Source: Zygophlyctis sp. KS116
Taxonomy: Eukaryota; Fungi; Chytridiomycota
DNA length: 6,194 nt
NCBI GenBank assembly: GCA_054661495.1
Contig: BAAFSQ010000451.1
Coordinates: forward strand, 1 to 6,194
Direction of reading: 5' to 3'
The first letter of the stretch is position 1, and every line of letters starts with the position of its first letter. The notes beneath the pieces were generated by a model, which had not been told where the DNA came from, did no database searches, and was given only the letters and a program-made list of their open reading frames with translations. Both the position numbers and the translations under genes were made by a program. Positions 1 to 6,194 of the stretch are shown piece by piece.

Positions 1-1221
1 GAAACGATGTATCAATCTTTAAAGCATATTCCTCTAATCCACCAATAATATCCTTAACTTGAATGTCCTGATACGTATTTCGAAGATACACAAGTGCCCT
101 TTGAGAATCGTTTCCTAGTCGACATACTATATATATTTTCATCTTGTCTTGTATTGCTTTGGAGAGTGTAGGATGACAATTCTCACTCTCGAGAATCCTT
201 AATGGAACACCTACATTTAACAGGAACAGTACTTACTTAGAGCGTTGGGTAAAGAACATATTTCAAATTGTAAAGTTTCTCTTACATCAACAAGTAAATG
301 TGGAGTGTCTGATTTTATAATATCTGCATATTCAAAAACTGTGATTCTATCATGATCATGAATGATCTTAATATTTGGAAGTTTATCTACTGCAGAAGAG
401 CCACAGAAAGTCGGATAGTCATCTAAAATTGTAGTTTGAGTGGGATTATCACCACAAATAATGCAATTCTCTTGTTTTGAGCGTAGTTTGACTGTTCTAA
501 ATGCACCAGAAATCGCATCAACCAACAACATCTTTCCTGCATAAGAAGGAGTTAAACCTGATGCTATTTTAATAACTTCCAAAGCTTGTAAACAACCAAT
601 AAGTCCTGGAACAACCCCTAAAACTCCTCCATCCGCACAATTGGTAACACATTCAGGAGGTGGTGGAACTGGAAAAAGACATCGATAACAAGGTGATCCA
701 TTAAAATTATAAATTGTCAACTGTCCTTCCCATTGCAATGCAGATCCTGATACAAGCGGTTTTCCTGAAATAACAGCGGCATCATTTAACAAGTATCTTG
801 TTGCTACATTATCTGTTGCATCAACAATTATTTGAAAATCATTCATGATTGTCATTATATTATCTGATGCAATAAATGAATTATAAACTTTAATATTAAT
901 GGAAGAGTTAAGTCTAAAAATTCAATCAAACAATTAGTACCTTGCAATCGATTCAGCAGCGGATTCAGCTTTTGAGATTCCAATCTTACTTTCATCATGA
1001 ATTACCTGCCTTTGCAAGTTTGAGAACTCAACGACATCATAATCGGCAATTCCTAAAGTTCCTATTCCTGCCGATGCTAAATATAAAAGAATAGATGATC
1101 CCAGTCCACCGGCGCCGACAACCAGAACCGATGCATTAAGTAGATTTGATTGACCTTTCATGCCCATGTGAGGAAGAATCAATTGTCTTGAATATCGTGA
1201 GATATCTTGATTAGAAAGCAT
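1..1221 (-). CDS. UBA4: Adenylyltransferase/sulfurtransferase UBA4/MOCS3 (ThiF/MoeB E1-like domain + C-terminal rhodanese); exons 1221-941, 913-237, 210-<1; 3' end just outside the window
   Basis: Removing two GT-AG introns joins ORFs 934..1242 and 217..855 and an exon missing from the ORF track into one frame of >=389 aa. Motifs: RYSRQ, GAGGLG, DxDxVExSNLQRQ, DATDN, Zn-binding [16 protein letters not shown]; exon 3 gives the rhodanese loop [10 protein letters not shown] and DIIGGL...IDTSF(P). Start placed at ATG 1221-1219 ([10 protein letters not shown]) rather than GTG 1242. Confidence 0.95.
211..236 (-). other. 26-nt spliceosomal intron (UBA4 intron 2)
   Basis: GTAAGTACTGTTCCTGTTAAATGTAG; removal restores LPNALSVPL and the frame of the rhodanese domain. 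Confidence 0.93.
914..940 (-). other. 27-nt spliceosomal intron (UBA4 intron 1)
   Basis: GTACTAATTGTTTGATTGAATTTTTAG; contains an in-frame TAA; removal gives [13 protein letters not shown], matching the conserved LN-x-x-hydrophobic segment of MoeB/UBA4 proteins. Confidence 0.92.
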
Positions 1222-1422
1222 ATTTTTCTTAGAATATTGCACCCCCCACCATTTTTGCTGTGTTGTCTCTCATGTCTATCATAATTAAACCATACAGCCC
1301 AGTGCAATGTCATACAGTCTCAGAGAATAGGAGGCGGGTGAAGCGATGTGATTGGACCTTATAAACAAAAAGTATATTACAACATTGACAAATATCCTGA
1401 TTTCAAAATATGCAACACTTCT

Positions 1423-1683
1423 CTAATCTTGCTTTTCCTTTATTTTTCTACTCTTAGAAATAACCATCAAATACCTTAATTTAGTAAGAATTGAATGTAG
1501 ATTGGTTTTGCTTTCGGACAAGAGTCTGATACACGCAGTCAATTTTCCTTTAGTCTTTTTAAATTTATCTCCAGAGAAGTTGTTCAAGGTATTGAGTTTA
1601 GTAATAGAAGTTGATAAAGTGGCCGAGACATCATCTTGTAATAATGATATTTGTTGCGGAGAATCTTTTGGAACTGCTAACAT
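1423..1683 (-). CDS. KXD1: KxDL-domain protein (KXD1-like, BLOC-1/BORC-related coiled coil), copy 1; probable 27-nt intron 1448-1474, 77 aa spliced
   Basis: The spliced product (..ISLLQDDV..KLNTLNNFS..RLLSESKTNLHSILTKLRKIKEK) aligns without gaps to recalled human KXD1 (..[40 protein letters not shown]). Candidate intron GTATTTGATGGTTATTTCTAAGAGTAG. Confidence 0.72.
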   Translation of the reverse strand: MLAVPKDSPQQISLLQDDVSATLSTSITKLNTLNNFSGDKFKKTKGKLTACIRLLSESKTNLHSILTKLRYLMVISKSRKIKEKQD

Positions 1684-1833
1684 TATTACGAAATTCGGCG
1701 AATGGAATCGTTTGTCCGAAACTGTAGATTTCTTTGAAATCTTGGCAGTATTATATCTTTATCTTTAGAAAAATTAAAGAAGAGTTTTGATCAATAAAGT
1801 AAGAATATCGTTAATGAATCATTAAAGATGATG

Positions 1834-2109
1834 TTTAAAATTAAGTAATGGTCTCTTGTTCAAGGGAATATCCTTTGGTGCTGAAACTGTTAAAAGTGTT
1901 TATGGTGAAGTGGTGTTTACTACTTTTATGGTTGTTTATCCTGACTCATGTACTGATCCGTCCTATAAGCAGCAAATTCTGGTATTTATGCAACCACTGG
2001 TGATTTCGGACTTTCTACATACTATGATTGCGATAAGACTCAAGTAACAGGTGTGATAGTTTCAGATGTTGCAAATTAATTCTCACATTGGAATGCTAAA
2101 AGCTCATTT
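1834..2109 (+). pseudogene. CPA1: Truncated, decayed 5' fragment of CPA1
   Basis: About 91% identical to 4704-5013. Start codon removed by deletion, 34-nt frameshifting deletion near 2000, AAA>TAA nonsense near 2077, VGYPES changed to VVYPDS, truncated after about codon 106. Confidence 0.93.
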
Positions 2110-2511
2110 AATATCCAAATTTACTTATCGAGTGCATATCTAAATTGCCTAAGATGGCTTTTGCTGGTGGATACCACGGATCGCTTGCATAGCGTTGTGC
2201 CTCTCCAAATATTCGTGAGCTTTTCAATGCCTTTGCTCCCTGAAGAGTGTCGTCGAAGAATACCGGGAATGGGTTGTATTTGCATTGACCGGCCAAGAGC
2301 TAGGAATTTCTAGGACACCATTGTTATTTTCAGTTGTGCTAATTCCTAGGATCAGTCGATGAGTGTTTGCAACAAACTAGATCCCCGGATTGCGGGTTTT
2401 AGCGGCGTAGTTTTACCCATCCTGAGAACAGTGAACAGTACTTCTCCAATCGCTTATGGTACCCAATCGCTGGATGTTGAATGTCAATGAGTAGTTGTCA
2501 GGAACGAATAC
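2108..2511 (-). pseudogene. Degenerate third copy of the 157-aa repeat domain
   Basis: Reads VFVPDNYSLTFNIQRLGTISDWRSTVHCSQDG*NYAAKTRNPGI*FVANT...; stops at 2413-2415 and 2377-2379; net 25-nt deletion relative to the intact unit; ends SRIFGEAQRYASDPWYPPAKAILGNLDMHSISKFGY*. Confidence 0.9.
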
Positions 2512-3599
2512 TAGGTTAGAAGTAAATCTAATAATTCCGAAAGAGGCATATTGGCTTGCGGTGAGTATCCAAATGTACTGATGGACTGCATATCTAAATT
2601 ACTTAAAATGGCTTTAGCGGGTGGATACCACGGATCACTTGCGTACCGGAAAGCCTCTCCAAAGATTCGAGAGCCTTTCAAGACTGATGAATTTTGCAGC
2701 GTGTTGTTGAAGTAAACCGCAACTATATTTCCAATTGCTTCTATGCGCACAGTCGTTGTCGTATTGATAGGTAGAGGATTTAAGATATCCAGCCCATCAT
2801 CCTTATTTATAGAAGTGCTGAATCGAACATAAATATTGAGTGCGTTTGGAAAAAACCAGATTGCAGGGATCCTGCTGTTAGCTCCAAGGTCAGCACCATC
2901 CTGAGTGTAGTGAACGACACTCCCCCAATTGTTTACTGTACCCAATGACTGGATGTCGAATGTCAATGAGTAGTTTTCAGGAACGAATACTTTTTCTGGC
3001 AAGCTTACAGAAAGAGGCATATTGGGTTGCGGTGAGTATCTAAATGTACTGATGGACTGCATATCTAAATTACTTAAAATGGCTTTAGCGGGTGGATACC
3101 ACGGATCACTTGCGTACCGGAAAGCCTCTCCAAAGATTCGAGAGCCTTTCAAGACTGATGAATTTTGCAGCGTGTTGTTGAAGTAAACCGCAACTATATT
3201 TCCAATTGCTTCTATGCGCACAGTCGTTGTCGTATTGATAGGTAGAGGATTTAAGATATCCAGCCCATCATCCTTATTTATAGAAGTGCTGAATCGAACA
3301 TAAATATTGAGTGCGTTTGGAAAAAACCAGATTGCAGGGATCCTGCTGTTAGCTCCAAGGTCAGCACCATCCTGAGTGTAGTGAACGACACTCCCCCAAT
3401 TGTTTACTGTACCCAATGGCTGGATGTCGAATGTCAATGAATAGTTTTCAGGAACGAATACTTTTTCTGGCAAGCTTACAGAAAGAGGCATATTGGGTTG
3501 CGTTGAGCCTCTTATATTATGATTAAATAGAAAATACCTATCGGCCCAGATGCCAATTATAGAGATAATCCATACTAACATAATCAGATTGCTTTTCAT
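2511..3599 (-). CDS. Putative secreted protein with two tandem 157-aa beta-rich domains (concanavalin A/LamG-like fold inferred), function unknown
   Basis: Uninterrupted 362-aa ORF. N-terminus MKSNLIMLVWIISIIGIWA resembles a signal peptide. Each repeat has YSLTFDI..W.SVVH..RIPAIWF..LPIN..YASDPWYPPA and four N-glycosylation sequons (NYS, NTT, NNT, NSS). Confidence 0.8.
   Translation of the reverse strand: MKSNLIMLVWIISIIGIWADRYFLFNHNIRGSTQPNMPLSVSLPEKVFVPENYSLTFDIQPLGTVNNWGSVVHYTQDGADLGANSRIPAIWFFPNALNIYVRFSTSINKDDGLDILNPLPINTTTTVRIEAIGNIVAVYFNNTLQNSSVLKGSRIFGEAFRYASDPWYPPAKAILSNLDMQSISTFRYSPQPNMPLSVSLPEKVFVPENYSLTFDIQSLGTVNNWGSVVHYTQDGADLGANSRIPAIWFFPNALNIYVRFSTSINKDDGLDILNPLPINTTTTVRIEAIGNIVAVYFNNTLQNSSVLKGSRIFGEAFRYASDPWYPPAKAILSNLDMQSISTFGYSPQANMPLSELLDLLLT
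2539..3507. repeat. Tandem repeat, 471-nt unit, ~2.06 near-identical copies
   Basis: AAAGAGGCATATTGG recurs at 2540, 3011 and 3482. Units 2560-3030 and 3031-3501 differ at only 3 positions (2570/3041, 2948/3419, 2970/3441). Confidence 0.98.
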
Positions 3600-3670
3600 T
3601 TTTAAATGCGGCTGTCCCTGGAGATAAGTTTTTTTTTTAAAAATTTAAGAATCTATTAATAGATGTTAAC

Positions 3671-3678
3671 TATTTATA
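3671..3678 (-). promoter_or_regulatory. Candidate TATA box for the repeat-domain gene
   Basis: TATAAATA on the minus strand, about 72 nt upstream of ATG 3599; the AT-rich context makes a chance match possible. Confidence 0.35.
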
Positions 3679-3845
3679 GAGCTAAGACAGGTGCATGTGA
3701 TGACGACGCCACTAATGGTTACTTCTTCAATACCAAGCATCCTTCCCACTAAACTGCTTTCTCGTTTTGCGGTTACTTCATTCAAATATCATATGTTGTA
3801 CTATTTGCATATCTGAATAGTAAGAATACATCAGACGAAAAATAG

Positions 3846-4115
3846 AATCTAACTGCAGAGATCTTATATAAAATCAGTGTTGGAAAATTCTGTCAAGATA
3901 CTTTTAATGTAATTTCTTATGGATACAGGATCAAGTACAGTATCATCTCATCGACTACCAAACGTAATAATCGCATTGTGAATTCAACTTGAGGATTTTC
4001 ATCAAACGTTGAAAATGGCCATCAACTGCCAGTGGTCCAATATACACATCGTGGAAATTTTCATGAAAAGTGGTTGGTAACAGCTTATGATTTGCAGGTG
4101 AGTTTTATAGAATAA
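3846..4115 (+). pseudogene. Possible remnant of a ricin-B (beta-trefoil) lectin-like gene
   Basis: One frame reads ..YKISVGKFCQDT..RIVNST*GFSSNVENGHQLPVVQYTHRGNFHEKWLV..; loosely resembles the GxCLD / VxQxxxxGxxNQxW pattern. No ATG, one internal stop. Confidence 0.25.
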
Positions 4116-4159
4116 TATTACAACATTGACAAATATCCTGATGTCAAAATATGCATCGT

Positions 4160-4420
4160 CTAATCTTGCTTTTCCTTTATTTTTCTACTCTTAGAAATAA
4201 CCATCAAATACCTTAATTTAGTAAGAATTGAATGTAGATTGGTTTTGCTTTCGGACAAGAGTCTGATACACGCAGTCAATTTTCCTTTAGTCTTTTTAAA
4301 TTTATCTCCAGAGAAGTTGTTCAAGGTATTGAGTTTAGTAATAGAAGTTGATAAAGTGGCCGAGACATCATCTTGTAATAATGATATTTGTTGCGGAGAA
4401 TCTTTTGGAACTGCTAACAT
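4160..4420 (-). CDS. KXD1: KxDL-domain protein (KXD1-like), copy 2; probable 27-nt intron 4185-4211
   Basis: Nucleotide-identical to copy 1; divergently oriented with CPA1, 275 nt between the start codons. Confidence 0.72.
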   Translation of the reverse strand: MLAVPKDSPQQISLLQDDVSATLSTSITKLNTLNNFSGDKFKKTKGKLTACIRLLSESKTNLHSILTKLRYLMVISKSRKIKEKQD

Positions 4421-4658
4421 TATTACGAAATTCGGCGAATGGAATCGTTTGTCCGAAACTGTAGATTTCTTTGAAATCTTGGCAGTATTATATCTTTATC
4501 TTTAGAAAAATTAAAGAAGAGTTTTGATCAATAAAGTAAGAATAGCGTTACTGAATCGTTAAAGATGATGGAAGATTACTTTTGATTGAGTTTGGCAACT
4601 GATAGGAGAATTAGCGCAACTCAAAAGAGGCTACACGGCTCAGTAGAGATAACGAAAA

Positions 4659-4685
4659 GTATATTATTATTAAGTGTTTTAACAG
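4659..4685 (+). other. Candidate 27-nt intron in the CPA1 5' leader
   Basis: GTATATTATTATTAAGTGTTTTAACAG has the same length class as the other introns, with TTAAC before CAG. No reading-frame test is possible because it is non-coding. Confidence 0.5.
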
Positions 4686-4695
4686 TAGATATTGA

Positions 4696-5858
4696 ATGAG
4701 TGTTTTAAAATTAAGCAATGGTCTGTTATTCAAGGGAATATCCTTTGGTGCTGAAATTGTTAAAAGTATTTATGGTGAAGTGGTGTTTACTACTTCAATG
4801 GTTGGTTATCCTGAATCATGTACTGATCCGTCGTATAAGCAGCAAATTCTGGTATTCACCCAACCACTGATTGGTAATTATGGAGTGCCAGGGAACTCAA
4901 TTGATGATTTCGGACTTTCTAAACACTTTGAGTCGGATAAGATTCAAGTAGCAGGTGTGATAGTTGCAGATGTTGCAAATAAATTCTCACATTGGAATGC
5001 TAAAAGCTCATTTGGGAATTGGCTTAAAAGTCAAGGCGTGTATGGGATTTCGGGAATTGATACACGTCAACTCGTATCGGTACTGAGAGATGAAGGGACA
5101 ATGTTGGGTTCCATTGCTAATTCTGAAGCAGATGCAATAATCGGCGATGATTTTCAGAATGTAAATATGATTCAAATGGTCTCAAAAAAGGATATTAAAG
5201 TTTATAATCCTAATGGATCTTTAAAGATTTTATTGATTGGTAAACTTGGTTTTAATTAAAAAAAGATTGTGGTGTTAAAAATAATATTATCAGATGCTTA
5301 GCAAAGAGAAACGTTCGAGTCTATAGTGTTCCTTGGAATTATGATATTTTAACAGATCCTGCGAACATTAAACCAGATGGAGTACTGATTTCTAACGGCC
5401 CTGGATCTCCTTTGAATGGAAATATTACAGTTGATAATTTAAAAAGGTTTATGAATCATCAAATATTGTTGAATTATAGTATTCCCATTTTTGGAATTTG
5501 TATGGGGAATCAGCTCTTAGGAATAGCCGCTGGGTTCAAAGTGCAAAAGTTACTGTATGGGAACAGGGGGCATAATCAACCTGTGATTAATATGGAAACT
5601 CAAAAATGTTTATTGACTTCTCAAAATCATGGATATGCCCTGATAGATTCTGAGCCTAAAGATATACCAAAGGGATGGAAAACGTTTTTTAAAAATGCTA
5701 ATGATGATTCAAATGAAGGAATTAAGCATTTGTCTAAACCATGGTGTTCTGTTCAGTTTCATCCGGAAGCTATGGGAGGTCCGTTGGATACAATGGGATT
5801 ATTTGATGATTTTATTGCACAAGTTGTTAATCATCGGACATTGAATTCTATGAAATAA
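4696..5858 (+). CDS. CPA1: Carbamoyl-phosphate synthase arginine-specific small subunit (class I glutamine amidotransferase); exons 4696-5239, 5266-5858; 378 aa
   Basis: VFTTSMVGYPESCTDPSY..QILVFTQPLIGNYGVP is close to recalled yeast Cpa1. Splicing restores IDCGVKNNIIRCL. Also present: SNGPG, catalytic FGICMGNQ, NRGHNQP, TSQNHGYA, QFHPE. The stop after the GATase domain shows it is stand-alone, not a URA2/CAD fusion. Confidence 0.95.
5240..5265 (+). other. 26-nt spliceosomal intron (CPA1)
   Basis: GTAAACTTGGTTTTAATTAAAAAAAG; removal joins G|AT (Asp of IDCG) and puts ORF 5412..5858 in frame. Confidence 0.94.
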
Positions 5859-5945
5859 AATTTCAGTTTAAGATGAAGATAGCAGAGCATAGACCTCATT
5901 TAGATACAAACAAGATCTTTAAAAGAAAAACAGAGATATCAAGTC

Positions 5946-5998
5946 CGCTGTATGAACTGCTATATTCCTTTTATTTATTTCAGTCAGTTCATACAACG
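5946..5998. repeat. Inverted repeat / stem-loop, 14-bp arms with 1 mismatch, 25-nt spacer
   Basis: CGCTGTATGAACTG (5946-5959) and CAGTTCATACAACG (5985-5998). Confidence 0.7.
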
Positions 5999-6194
5999 TT
6001 TACATAAAATTCTGCATGTAGACATATGAAAAATTATTCATGGAACTATGATATCCTCTCAACAAAAGAAAAGTAAGAAAACAATATTGTTTCTAGTTTA
6101 AGATCGATCTCATACACTAATCTCCATCTGTCAGAATCGCCGGTGAAGAAGGCAGCCACTTGTAAATTTTAGCAGTAGAAGTGATAGTGTTTGA

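Larger units (their letters stand above)
1374..2109 (+). repeat. Left copy of a direct segmental duplication (partner 4115-5013)
   Basis: 1422-1807 is identical to 4159-4544. A ~133-nt deletion follows 1833 (missing about 4571-4703). 1834-2109 aligns to 4704-5013 with a 34-nt deletion and about 24 substitutions. Confidence 0.97.
4115..5013 (+). repeat. Right (intact) copy of the 899-bp duplicated KXD1-CPA1(5') block
   Basis: Similarity to the left copy begins at ATATTACAACATTGAC (4115/1374) and ends at AAAGCTCATTT (5013/2109). Confidence 0.97.

Noticed and set aside
1502-1768. 88-aa plus-strand ORF and its twin at 4239-4505
   Set aside because: TTG start, antisense to the KXD1-like gene, no recognisable motif; the twin is explained by the duplication.
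1856-2047. 63-aa ORF as a functional gene
   Set aside because: It is part of the CPA1 pseudogene fragment: TTG start, frameshifted tail, no catalytic domain.
2108-2296. 62-aa ORF as an independent gene
   Set aside because: It is the frameshifted C-terminal part of the degenerate repeat unit, with a non-ATG start.
2991-3009. GTAAGC..AAAG (19 nt, minus strand; also 3462-3480) as an intron in each repeat unit
   Set aside because: Removing it shifts the frame into a nearby stop, while the unspliced frame is open.
2539-3507. CRISPR array or other non-coding repeat
   Set aside because: The unit is 471 nt, in frame and protein-coding, with no repeat-spacer structure.
3651-3664. Perfect 14-bp palindrome ATCTATTAATAGAT
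   Set aside because: Almost entirely A/T in an AT-rich promoter region, single occurrence, no supporting context.
4565-4600. Arginine attenuator peptide
   Set aside because: Only EDY resembles the QDY core; the uORF has 6 codons and lacks SDHxW in frame.
1374-5013. LTR retrotransposon or composite transposon interpretation of the direct repeats
   Set aside because: The repeats consist of host genes, lack TG..CA termini, and enclose no gag, pol or transposase sequence.
4696-5858. CPA1 (and likewise UBA4) as split genes, frameshifted pseudogenes or bacterial carA/moeB
   Set aside because: Each break is cleanly resolved by a GT-AG micro-intron that restores conserved residues, and the motifs are of the eukaryotic type.
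6047-6194. 3' end of a minus-strand gene at the right edge
   Set aside because: Several short open frames exist, but none has a recognisable motif; it cannot be called without flanking sequence.

Overview
AT-rich, gene-dense eukaryotic DNA, most likely fungal (an early-diverging lineage is an inference). Its spliceosomal introns are only 26-27 nt long, which fragments the ORF track. Left to right: (1) UBA4/MOCS3 on the minus strand, 3 exons, running off the left edge a few codons before its stop. (2) A small KxDL-family (KXD1-like) gene, minus strand. (3) A decayed 5' fragment of CPA1. (4) A ~2 kb segment (2110-4114) holding an intronless, higher-GC gene for a secreted protein with two nearly identical 157-aa beta-rich domains, a third pseudogenised copy of that domain and a possible ricin-like remnant. 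(5) A second, identical KXD1-like gene. (6) An intact CPA1 (arginine-specific carbamoyl-phosphate synthase small subunit), plus strand, 2 coding exons. The 2 kb segment sits between two direct copies of a ~900 bp KXD1-CPA1(5') block, so it looks like cargo inserted into a housekeeping locus together with a large duplication. All alignments and translations were done by hand; family assignments come from recalled motifs, not database searches.
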